Source of the DNA: a virus
Lineage: Duplodnaviria; Caudoviricetes
Direction: 5' to 3' (one strand)
Length of the DNA stretch: 64,000 bases
Virus record (IMG/VR): IMGVR_UViG_3300025389_000011
Shown in pieces: positions 19,109 through 27,942 of the stretch. Positions within the stretch are counted from its first letter, which is position 1. Each line of letters opens with the position of its first letter. A program made the position numbers and the translations under genes. Below the pieces are notes generated by a model. It was given only the letters and a program-made list of their open reading frames with translations, was not told where the DNA came from and searched no databases.

Positions 19109-22100
19109 TTAAAGTCTACCAACTGCAACCTCGATAACACCTACACCTTCATGATTTTCCAATGCTTTACCAATGACTGTGCCTATTGAGGGATTAAATG
19201 CTGGTCTTGCGTATCCATTACCACCGCTGACTAACATATCGCCTTTTTTGATTGACCCGCGTACTTTACAAGGAACACGTCCTTGTAGTGCAATTGCTAC
19301 TGCTATACCTGAACAACCTGCATTCATTGCATATGCAGGATCAGTTGACACAACACCTGCTACTCTATTAGTGCCATCCTGTGCAACTGTAACTTCTTTA
19401 TCGCCACCAAACTCTAAAACTGTTCCAGGTTCGTAAACGGCATCGGCTTCATAATATTCTGCCAAGTCAGCATATGTTGCATTTAATCTTGATCCTGCAC
19501 TTAATGACCAGTTACCAGTTATAGTGCCTGTTGTTGTGTTTGCACCAGTTGTTAATGTGTTACCTAAATGTGTAGCACCTGTTCCACCTATATTGGCAGT
19601 TGAAGATATATTTCCAGTTACAGATAAACTTGTTAATGTACCTAAACTTGTAATATTTGGTTGAGCATTTGTGGCTAATGTACCTGTTAACAATGTACCA
19701 CTTACGTTACCTGCACTTACGTTACCAGTTACAGATAAACTTGTTAATGTACCTAAACTTGTAATATTTGGTTGAGCATTTGTGGCTAATGTACCTGTTA
19801 TTAAACCTGAATTGGCAGTGATATTTACTGCGGTTAATGTACCATTAACACCCAAACCTGTCAAAGTACCTAATGAAGTAATATTACCTTGTGCCGCAGT
19901 TGTTACAGTACCTGCTGTAGTTGCACTACTTACTGTACCTGTTACGTTAGCTCCGGCAATATTTGTTAAATTAGCACCAGAACCAGCAAATACAGTAGCT
20001 GTTAGCGTTCCTGTGTTTTTATTGTACACAAGACCTAAACTACCGGCCATGTTACCTGCATCATTAAATTGAACTTCTGTATTTACACCGGCCGGTGCAT
20101 AGTTGCTCGAAACATTACCTATATTTAAACCACCGCCTACTACAGCCGCCCAACCCGCTACAGCGGATGTAAATGTTATAGTTAAAGCATTAGCATTGGT
20201 GTAGTTGATTGTAGGGAAATCATATCTGCCCACATATGAATTACCATTACCATCAATTGGTTCTACAGTTACATATTGCCTATTGAGATTGTGTACTACT
20301 GTCCATGTTGTAGCCGCAGATGCCTGTGTATGTAGATAATACCCACCTGTTGGATTAGTCCAACTAAGATTACCTGAACCATCAGTTTGTAAAATTTGAT
20401 TGGCACTACCACCACTGATATACACGTTCCCAACACTATTAAGATTGCTCTTTCCAGATACTGTTAAACTTGTTAATGTACCTGTGCTAGTAATATTGGG
20501 TTGAGCCGCTGTGGTTAGTGTACCACCTAATGTAGTACCACTTACATTACCTACAAATGTAGTTGTTATTAATGCACCATTTGCAATATTTGCAGAGAAT
20601 GTTGCGTTGGAATTTATTCCGTAATTTGCATTAGCAGTACCTGAAATAAAAGGTAAATAGTATGTTCCACTTGTTACTAGTGATACTGTACTTGTGTCTG
20701 CAACATTGGCACGACTTGAATATAAATTTGGTACTTGGGTAGAACTTAGTACAACCAATGGACTTGTACCATTTGCAATGTTTGATTGAAGTTGGGTATT
20801 AGCAATTATTATGCCACCTGCAACTAAATTACCAACAACTGCATTCCCGGTACCTGTATTTAATGTACCCGCAACATTAATACCAGTTCCTGTTATTGTT
20901 AGTGTTGTATTACCAACTGCTGAAATAGATACATTACCATTTGCTGTTGCAATACGTACATTACTATTTCCGTTAGCTAACGGGCCATATACATTTCCTG
21001 TTATATTTCCTGTTGCATTAATAGTACCTGCAACATTAATGCCTGTACTTGTAACTACTAATACATTAGGTGTGCCATTAACACCAACCAATACGTTACC
21101 TGCACTTGCCGGAATAGATACATTACTAGTACCATTGGCAAATATACCAATGAAGTTACCACTAGTTGTGTTACCAGTTACTGCTAAGTTTGTCAATGTA
21201 CCAAGTGTAATAATGTTAGGTTGATTATTTGTTGTTAATGTACCGGTTAGTAATGTAGCACTTAAATTACCTGTTGCTACATTAAATGACAGGTTTGCAT
21301 TTGCACCTTGTGATAAATTACCTGATGTAGCGTTTACAAATATAGGATAATATGTGCCAGTAGTTTGCAATGTTGTTGTGCTTGTATCGCTTATACCAGC
21401 ACGTGCTACATATAAATTTCCAACCTGTGTAGTACTTGTTACTGTTAATGGGCTTGTGCCGGTAGCAATGTTTGAAACTAAAACAGTGCCAGTAATAATA
21501 CCATTTGCATTTATATTTCCTGTATTTACATTACCAGTTACTGATAATGCCCTGCTATTTGCATCGAATGTAAATCCTGCATTACCTGCTAATTGACCAC
21601 CATAATTATATTGTACGCTGTTCTGCACACCTGAAGCTACACCTGTTCCACCGCCGCCACTAGTGATAACTGCTGTTGCAAGACCTGTGTTTGCAGTTGC
21701 AGTTAATGTAGCACCATTAGCTCCGATTGTTCTGGATACATCCGTGTATAAACTTACATTACCGGAAGTTGGGTAATTATTAGATAATGTAATATAAAAT
21801 GACTTCCCATTTACTACACTATTTGCGTTTGTACCAAGAACACCTGATATTGTTATTTGTTGACCATTAGTGTAAGGTGTAGTGTTGGCTACTGTCATTA
21901 CGATAGGATTAGCATTAGATAACGCTTGTATAGGTGTATATAGCGTACCTTTAGGTGTCCAACTTAAATTACCAAGACCATCTGTTTCTAACACATAGCC
22001 AATAGCACCACCGCCCATGTATATGTTACCAACATTACCTAATTGAAGTTTTCCTCCATCAAGTTGTACATTTTGTCCTGTGTAATTTTCCCATGTATTT

Positions 22101-22366
22101 GTACTTGATACATAGGTAAGAATTTGTCCGTTAGTTAGATTACCAAGATTAAAGTTTGCACCGTTAGCACCGTCAATCTGACTGAAACTGATGTTACTGT
22201 AACTTGTTAATACTTCAATGTTTTCACTAGCAATGGTGTTTCCAGTGCGCCCAATGAACAGTCTATTTTCATCGGAAGCGAAACCAAATTCTGCATTATC
22301 TAGTTGAGGTAGGTCAACAAGATTACCGGATCTTGTTTGAATTTTGCTGATTTGTACTATGGCCAT
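19109..22366 (-). CDS. Tail fibre-like protein (1085 aa) with Mtd_N-like N-terminus and chaperone-like C-terminal domain
   Basis: MAIVQISKIQ.R.G...LPQL...EFG...D..RLFIG; QPNITSLGTL repeats; C-terminal ADLAEYY...GVVST.PAY...GRVPCKV...KGD.LV...GKALE. Confidence 0.8.
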   Translation of the reverse strand: MAIVQISKIQTRSGNLVDLPQLDNAEFGFASDENRLFIGRTGNTIASENIEVLTSYSNISFSQIDGANGANFNLGNLTNGQILTYVSSTNTWENYTGQNVQLDGGKLQLGNVGNIYMGGGAIGYVLETDGLGNLSWTPKGTLYTPIQALSNANPIVMTVANTTPYTNGQQITISGVLGTNANSVVNGKSFYITLSNNYPTSGNVSLYTDVSRTIGANGATLTATANTGLATAVITSGGGGTGVASGVQNSVQYNYGGQLAGNAGFTFDANSRALSVTGNVNTGNINANGIITGTVLVSNIATGTSPLTVTSTTQVGNLYVARAGISDTSTTTLQTTGTYYPIFVNATSGNLSQGANANLSFNVATGNLSATLLTGTLTTNNQPNIITLGTLTNLAVTGNTTSGNFIGIFANGTSNVSIPASAGNVLVGVNGTPNVLVVTSTGINVAGTINATGNITGNVYGPLANGNSNVRIATANGNVSISAVGNTTLTITGTGINVAGTLNTGTGNAVVGNLVAGGIIIANTQLQSNIANGTSPLVVLSSTQVPNLYSSRANVADTSTVSLVTSGTYYLPFISGTANANYGINSNATFSANIANGALITTTFVGNVSGTTLGGTLTTAAQPNITSTGTLTSLTVSGKSNLNSVGNVYISGGSANQILQTDGSGNLSWTNPTGGYYLHTQASAATTWTVVHNLNRQYVTVEPIDGNGNSYVGRYDFPTINYTNANALTITFTSAVAGWAAVVGGGLNIGNVSSNYAPAGVNTEVQFNDAGNMAGSLGLVYNKNTGTLTATVFAGSGANLTNIAGANVTGTVSSATTAGTVTTAAQGNITSLGTLTGLGVNGTLTAVNITANSGLITGTLATNAQPNITSLGTLTSLSVTGNVSAGNVSGTLLTGTLATNAQPNITSLGTLTSLSVTGNISSTANIGGTGATHLGNTLTTGANTTTGTITGNWSLSAGSRLNATYADLAEYYEADAVYEPGTVLEFGGDKEVTVAQDGTNRVAGVVSTDPAYAMNAGCSGIAVAIALQGRVPCKVRGSIKKGDMLVSGGNGYARPAFNPSIGTVIGKALENHEGVGVIEVAVGRL
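19614..19800. repeat. Two identical 76-bp copies, 111-bp period, inside the fibre gene
   Basis: 19614-19689 equals 19725-19800 by direct reading. Confidence 0.9.
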
Positions 22367-22416
22367 AAGTGTAATTTCTTCTGTTACACTTATTTATCAT
22401 AAAGTCACACTAAACT

Positions 22417-23100
22417 TTATACAAATTGTAGATAGTACTGTTCTACTCGTTTAAACCATAAATTAGTGTAACTATCAAATTCATCACCTTCAATAATGAA
22501 TTCTTGGTACAATCCACTAGGATCGCACATGAAAATTACGCCTTTACGTATGTTTGTCCCATGCACTTCGTTGTGTGCGTTTGCATATGCTGCCAATTGA
22601 ACAAAGTAATCATCAATCCATTCACGTTTTTTTGGTTTATTTGTTTGCTTATGGTCCATAATAGCTTCACTGCCATTATGAATACCACATAAATCCGTTG
22701 TTCCAGCATAGATTTGTGGATAATATAATGCAACTTCGGTGCCCCAAAATTCATTACAATTTACAAGACCTTGTTTGATGATACTGTTTGCCATCATATG
22801 ACTTTGAACGCTGTAGGGATTACTGCCCGGATCTCCGGTTTCACCCGTCTTTATATAGTTTTCAAGCCATTTATGCATACGTGTGCCACGACCTGCGGCT
22901 TCAGTTGTTATCTCTTGCGCTTTTTGAAAGCCAACACGCTTACGCCAATTGTTTAATGCTTGTTTACTTTCTTCACTTTTAGTAGCATCTAGTATAGTTG
23001 TTACGCTTGGGAGTTTTTCACCGTCTGGTGTAAGATATCTACGCTTCCCATCTACTTCAACACGTTGCATGGGCTCATAATTATATTTGTTTGTTATCAT
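22417..23100 (-). CDS. PD-(D/E)xK exonuclease (lambda-exo/MGME1-like)
   Basis: LPSVTTIL, A.RGT.MH..LE, E..LY, AGTTD, IMDHKQT, QLAAY. Confidence 0.85.
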   Translation of the reverse strand: MITNKYNYEPMQRVEVDGKRRYLTPDGEKLPSVTTILDATKSEESKQALNNWRKRVGFQKAQEITTEAAGRGTRMHKWLENYIKTGETGDPGSNPYSVQSHMMANSIIKQGLVNCNEFWGTEVALYYPQIYAGTTDLCGIHNGSEAIMDHKQTNKPKKREWIDDYFVQLAAYANAHNEVHGTNIRKGVIFMCDPSGLYQEFIIEGDEFDSYTNLWFKRVEQYYLQFV

Positions 23101-23106
23101 AGTTTA

Positions 23107-23952
23107 TTATTTTTTAATAGTTGGGTAAAATTTATTTTTAAGCCCTACTTTATTATATAGCCAATCATTTATATAATCAAGAGCAGATGGATAAATGTTA
23201 TTTAATAAATCTCTGTGTATGCCATATACTTTAAAATTGGCACTATATATTCCATATAGTTTACTGGATAAACTATCGATATCTTTTTCCCACAAACTTG
23301 TTCCGATTGATTTTGATTTATAATTTACAAGTTGTTCTTTTATCAAATAAGAATAAAATATAAATTCACTAGTATTAAATCCAATTTGGTTTTCATTAAT
23401 AGTCTCAAAAAAAATATGCTTTAGAGAATCCATGGTGGTAGAATTTCTTATAAGACTTGCATCAATCACAAACGGAGTAAATGGTGCTAGTGTTTCTTTA
23501 ATAGGATCAACATTAAATAATTTTGCGTAATGATTATTGGTATCACTAAATCCCGTAGCAGCCTCTTCTGACAGCACACCTGAACCTATAATATACTCAA
23601 ACTCGTCTAGTTTAGTGGGTTTTACAAAGAAATTTTTACTATCTAATAACACATAATTTTCTAAACATTTATAATATGCTAAGTGTGCAATTATAAATTT
23701 ATGCCATTGTTGTGTTACCCAACCTGACAACAACTCATAATCTTTAACATCATTTGGTATGATAGCTGGATAAATTAATAATGTATGGTTTTTATAATAA
23801 GGGGCTAACCATTTGTACCAAAAATCAATATCAGGTTTATGTTCATTAACTACAATCACGTGAACACAAGGTTCCACAAATTGTCCAATACTTTCTGCTT
23901 GTAATAGCATTTGTTGAAAATCTCTGTTACACACAATGGTAGCTAAAAACAT
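23107..23952 (-). CDS. Hypothetical protein, DUF6492-like; paralogue 1
   Basis: W..QQ..K....LLDSKNFFVKP motif; similar to the adjacent gene. Confidence 0.6.
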   Translation of the reverse strand: MFLATIVCNRDFQQMLLQAESIGQFVEPCVHVIVVNEHKPDIDFWYKWLAPYYKNHTLLIYPAIIPNDVKDYELLSGWVTQQWHKFIIAHLAYYKCLENYVLLDSKNFFVKPTKLDEFEYIIGSGVLSEEAATGFSDTNNHYAKLFNVDPIKETLAPFTPFVIDASLIRNSTTMDSLKHIFFETINENQIGFNTSEFIFYSYLIKEQLVNYKSKSIGTSLWEKDIDSLSSKLYGIYSANFKVYGIHRDLLNNIYPSALDYINDWLYNKVGLKNKFYPTIKK

Positions 23953-23962
23953 TTTTGAACCT

Positions 23963-24763
23963 TTATTTAATATAGGGATAAACTTTATTGTTTAGCTGTA
24001 CATGATTAGATAACCAATCATTTATAAAATTTATTCCAGTGGGATATAATCTATGCAATATTTTTTTATCTAAACTATATACTTTAACATCATCTTCTCG
24101 TTGACATAACTTAAACTCTAACATGTTTATATCAGAATCTTTTATAGTTTTACTTATTTCTTTAGTATGTTTAAAATCATTAATTTCCTGAACATCTACC
24201 AAATATGTATAAAATAAAAATTCGTTCATTGGCAATGTCATATCTTTAAATAATACATCAGATAACCAATCAACATTAATCATTGACATATATTTTTGGT
24301 GTAACACAAAAGGAAATTTAGGTGCAATCGATTTACCTACAGGTGCTACATTGAAATAATTTGCATAGTACTCATTTGTGAGTTTATATTTTTGAGTAAT
24401 ATCAACTAATTTTCCAGAACCAATTGTATTTTCAAAATCACTTAATTTAGTTGGTTTAATAAAAAAGTTATTGGTATGTAGCAACAAACAATCATCATCA
24501 ATCTTACTAGCAATATTTACCAATAACTTTTGTATTTTTCTGCTATCATATGCATTTTTATTTTTCAGCACAATAGAAGGTACCACAAGTAATTCATGAT
24601 TTTTGTAGTAAGGACTCAACCATCTATAGTAAAAATTAACATCAGGCTCATCTTCATTAACAATGATAACGTGAGTGCAAGGCTCAAAAAACTTTTGAAT
24701 GCTTTCTGCCTGTAATAACAATTGTGAAAATTCGTTATAACAAGTAACTGTTGCTAGGTACAT
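23963..24763 (-). CDS. Hypothetical protein, DUF6492-like; paralogue 2 (start corrected to ATG 24763)
   Basis: MYLATVTC...LLLQAESI..F.EPC.HVI.VNE aligns by eye with the paralogue N-terminus. Confidence 0.6.
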   Translation of the reverse strand: MYLATVTCYNEFSQLLLQAESIQKFFEPCTHVIIVNEDEPDVNFYYRWLSPYYKNHELLVVPSIVLKNKNAYDSRKIQKLLVNIASKIDDDCLLLHTNNFFIKPTKLSDFENTIGSGKLVDITQKYKLTNEYYANYFNVAPVGKSIAPKFPFVLHQKYMSMINVDWLSDVLFKDMTLPMNEFLFYTYLVDVQEINDFKHTKEISKTIKDSDINMLEFKLCQREDDVKVYSLDKKILHRLYPTGINFINDWLSNHVQLNNKVYPYIK

Positions 24764-24764
24764 C

Positions 24765-25085
24765 TTAAACTCTAAAACTTTCTCCGCAACCACAACGGTC
24801 ACGTTCATTTGGATTTTGAAATTCAAAGCCTTCATTTAGACCATTTCTCACATAGTCTACAGTCATGCCTTGCAAGTAAGCGCAACTTTTTGGGTCTACA
24901 AATAACGCACAGCCATTACAATCAAGTTTAATATCATGTTCTTGTGGATCGTCAACATATTCCAATACATAGGCTAAACCAGAACAACCTGTGGTTTTGA
25001 CACCTATGCGAATGCCTAAACCCTTGCCACGTTTGGCTAGTGTTTGTTTGATTTTGTTAATTGATTTTTCTGTTAGAGTTATCAT
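24765..25085 (-). CDS. iscA: Fe-S cluster assembly A-type carrier (IscA/HesB)
   Basis: GCSGLAY and CGCGESF, three conserved Cys. Confidence 0.95.
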   Translation of the reverse strand: MITLTEKSINKIKQTLAKRGKGLGIRIGVKTTGCSGLAYVLEYVDDPQEHDIKLDCNGCALFVDPKSCAYLQGMTVDYVRNGLNEGFEFQNPNERDRCGCGESFRV

Positions 25086-25099
25086 TCATATATTTATAA

Positions 25100-25348
25100 T
25101 CATAAACCCCAACGATTTTTAATTATGTCGTAATAATGATTTGCCAAATATACTTGACCTTCTGGTCGTTGTTTTATTGCCTCATCTATTTGAATTCTTA
25201 TACCACCATTGCTACATCCTTGGCGTGCATAGTTTTCTAGATTCCAACCTAATTTATTTGCTAAAACTTCACTCCAACTTGTGCCTGCATATTGTGGTTT
25301 ATTACTAGGTGCACTAAAACTACAACCACAAACTATAAGTTTCTTCAT
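25100..25348 (-). pseudogene. SGNH-hydrolase-like gene apparently lacking its centre (82 aa)
   Basis: Block I-like CGCSF and block II-like ARQGCSN run almost directly into a C-terminal helix; no DxxH block. Confidence 0.5.
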
Positions 25349-25350
25349 AT

Positions 25351-25686
25351 TTATTTCATTGCACGTTGAGCCATTTGGTGTACTACTTTTTTATCGTCCT
25401 CTGGAGCTGGAGGAGGTTCAGTGGTATTGTCAGTTTCAGACTGACCTTTGAAAATAATTTTGCCATCTTGAATGTTTGTAATAACATTACTTAGTGGTGG
25501 GGTTTTTATCATGACAAACAAATCAGAAGGATCTAAATTAATACCATTTAATTGTAGGTATTCTAAAAATTCTTCTGTTGTCCAATCTGTCTTGCCAGTA
25601 CCGTTGTCAATATCGCTTTTTAGCTTATTGGCAAGTGCTGTAAGTTTGACAGTCTCTGGGGGACTATCAAGTTCAAAGAGTAACAT
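25351..25686 (-). CDS. Hypothetical acidic protein (start corrected to MLLFEL, 25686)
   Basis: ATG directly follows the upstream stop at 25688. Confidence 0.65.
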   Translation of the reverse strand: MLLFELDSPPETVKLTALANKLKSDIDNGTGKTDWTTEEFLEYLQLNGINLDPSDLFVMIKTPPLSNVITNIQDGKIIFKGQSETDNTTEPPPAPEDDKKVVHQMAQRAMK

Positions 25687-25687
25687 A

Positions 25688-26398
25688 TTATCTCTTTGCT
25701 CTACCAACTCCGCCAGTTGGTTCTTCTTCTGGTTCTTCTGGAAAATTCAATTCAGGTTCTTCTACAGGTTCTTGTTCTGGTTGTTCAACTTCTTCTTCAC
25801 CTGCTAATTCACCATCGTCAAATGCCTCTTCTTCACCTGCGCCAAATGCTCCTGCATCCATTGCTTGACCAGTGATACCATTTAATGCTGATTGTAAACC
25901 TGATTTAGTTTCTGTTACTGATGCTTGAAGGGCTGTTAATGCTTCGCTTACTTGACTGTTGAACTGTTCGGCTTCATTTGCACCAATTTCACTTTGAATA
26001 CCTGTTGTTAATGCAGGTAATTCTTTAACTAACATGTCACTAACTTCCTCTAACATTTTTTGTACGCTGTCAACTAAATCTTGTGCAGCCAATACAACTT
26101 GTGACTTTTCAACTTCTTCATTTTCAACAACAATACGTGGTTGAGGACGATTACGCAATTCATTATAGTGATGAACCAATGATTGCTCCATGAACACTAA
26201 CTTCATGTATGAAGGAGATGTTTGTTCTTGGTAAAAGTTAACTGATTGTTTTGATTCTTTAATTAAACCGCGAACTTTATTAAGCATACTTTTTGTAGAT
26301 GCCATTGGCATTTTTGCTACATTGAAAGGCATCTCATAGTGTTCTTTAAGTGCTTTTGTTGCACTATTTTTGTTGTTGTCAAGGTCGTGTAGTTTCAT
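25688..26398 (-). CDS. Acidic coiled-coil protein, possible prohead scaffold/core component
   Basis: Very acidic C-terminus, LKE and VEN EE sites, late box at ~26427. Confidence 0.55.
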   Translation of the reverse strand: MKLHDLDNNKNSATKALKEHYEMPFNVAKMPMASTKSMLNKVRGLIKESKQSVNFYQEQTSPSYMKLVFMEQSLVHHYNELRNRPQPRIVVENEEVEKSQVVLAAQDLVDSVQKMLEEVSDMLVKELPALTTGIQSEIGANEAEQFNSQVSEALTALQASVTETKSGLQSALNGITGQAMDAGAFGAGEEEAFDDGELAGEEEVEQPEQEPVEEPELNFPEEPEEEPTGGVGRAKR

Positions 26399-26449
26399 AA
26401 TTTTTATTCCAAAGAAATATATAAAGTATTTATCAATAGTTATTAGATA

Positions 26450-26959
26450 TTAAGGTTTTGCATTGAATCGGCTGGCTTGCCAAATTTTAGATTCGTACAC
26501 ATAATTTTCCAATTCTTTATTAATTCTACTACGAATTATCTTTTCCTCACCTAATTTAGCCAAATATATCAATTTGTTATCAACATCTTTAGTTTTATTT
26601 GTTAAATTTTGATGTATTGCTATACTTGATTCAACACGTGTTAACTGAATATCTAAATCTTGTATTCTTTTGGAATCCATAATTCTATTGCGTTTGTCGT
26701 AAGTACACCAAGTAACAGCATGTTTTAATAGATAAAAATAATTATTGCTTTCTGCTAAATCGTTACGTGTTACTAAATATCTACCATCAATTTTTTTAAT
26801 GATATATTTGTTGTACAAACTATATGATCCATCGCTATTTTGAAGTACTGAAAGGTCAGCTAATTTTTCAATTTCGGCAGGAGTAATTGTTCTCTCCAAC
26901 TTGCTCATTATCTGTTCGGGAGAGAATTTTACTTTTTTACCGTTTTTCTTTTTAGCCAT
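26450..26959 (-). CDS. Hypothetical protein (169 aa)
   Basis: ORF track; coupled to the upstream gene. Confidence 0.65.
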   Translation of the reverse strand: MAKKKNGKKVKFSPEQIMSKLERTITPAEIEKLADLSVLQNSDGSYSLYNKYIIKKIDGRYLVTRNDLAESNNYFYLLKHAVTWCTYDKRNRIMDSKRIQDLDIQLTRVESSIAIHQNLTNKTKDVDNKLIYLAKLGEEKIIRSRINKELENYVYESKIWQASRFNAKP

Positions 26960-27410
26960 CGCTTAATACCTCAAAATATATATTTTTTAACTCATCACTT
27001 GTATCTAAATATGCCGGGACTTTATCCCACATTGAATTAGTTTTAATCATAGGTACTTGACTACAATCTTTGTACAATGCTCCTAATTCATTTATACCAT
27101 CATAAAACACACTACTATGATGCACAGAAAATACAAATGACCAACAAGGATATGTGTTATCTTCTTCTTGGTCAAACAAAAATCCAAATTGTATAAACTC
27201 ATCAAATCTAATATTTGATTTTACAGGGTTACCTAATACGTCAGGTTGACTGCGTAATGATATTGCCTGTACAATTGTGTCAAAATTACATTGTGTGTTA
27301 CGTTTTTGTATCCACTCTTGCAATAAATCTTCACGTTCAGGCTTACCCCTATTACGAATATTCGTAACAGTAATATCAAATAGTGTATAGCATTTAATTC
27401 GTTGATCCAT
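26952..27410 (-). CDS. Hypothetical protein (152 aa)
   Basis: ORF track; TAAATA 4 nt before ATG. Confidence 0.65.
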   Translation of the reverse strand: MDQRIKCYTLFDITVTNIRNRGKPEREDLLQEWIQKRNTQCNFDTIVQAISLRSQPDVLGNPVKSNIRFDEFIQFGFLFDQEEDNTYPCWSFVFSVHHSSVFYDGINELGALYKDCSQVPMIKTNSMWDKVPAYLDTSDELKNIYFEVLSDG

Positions 27411-27428
27411 ACAGTATTTAACAGAGGT

Positions 27429-27455
27429 AAAAAAACCCTAGAAAATCTAGGGTTT
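27429..27455 (-). terminator. Intrinsic terminator
   Basis: AAACCCTAGA-TTT-TCTAGGGTTT then TTT on the minus strand. Confidence 0.8.
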
Positions 27456-27473
27456 CTTTATAACAAACTAAGA

Positions 27474-27863
27474 TTAGTTTGTGAATGTAGCTGTGTTTGA
27501 TACTGCTGTAGTATTAGCAACACCACCTGCTGTCAATTCAGCATTGATAGCTGTTTGTAATGTTGTGCTTGTCCATGCGCCGTATGGATATACAGCCATT
27601 GACAATGTATCAGGACCTGCAGTTGTGAACTCATATAAGTAAACTGTAGCTAACTGTTGTGTAGCTTGGATGATTAAGTTTACTTGTGTACCTGACAATG
27701 CACTTGAACCACTTGCTGTAACTGTGAAAAATTGTAGCTTTGGACCTTGTGGTTGTACTGTTGAACCTGAACTAACTGCGTTTGCACCGCTGTTTGTATA
27801 TGCTGCCGCATCTAAATGTAATACTGGTAGTAAGTCACCATTAACTCTTGTAAATTGTGCCAT
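27474..27863 (-). CDS. Small structural protein (possible capsid decoration)
   Basis: Own late box, leader hairpin, SD AAGGA and terminator; A/T/S-rich. Confidence 0.6.
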   Translation of the reverse strand: MAQFTRVNGDLLPVLHLDAAAYTNSGANAVSSGSTVQPQGPKLQFFTVTASGSSALSGTQVNLIIQATQQLATVYLYEFTTAGPDTLSMAVYPYGAWTSTTLQTAINAELTAGGVANTTAVSNTATFTN

Positions 27864-27942
27864 TTTGACATTCCTTAAATATGTTGAAGCCTACTGCTTC
27901 ATATATTTATTTATGCCAATTGAAAAAAAATGTTGGTTTTGG

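Noticed and set aside
19109-22366. Diversity-generating retroelement target in the fibre
   Set aside because: The Mtd_N-like N-terminus is a common anchor domain; no reverse transcriptase or adenine-variable TR/VR pair is visible, and the 76-bp repeat copies are identical
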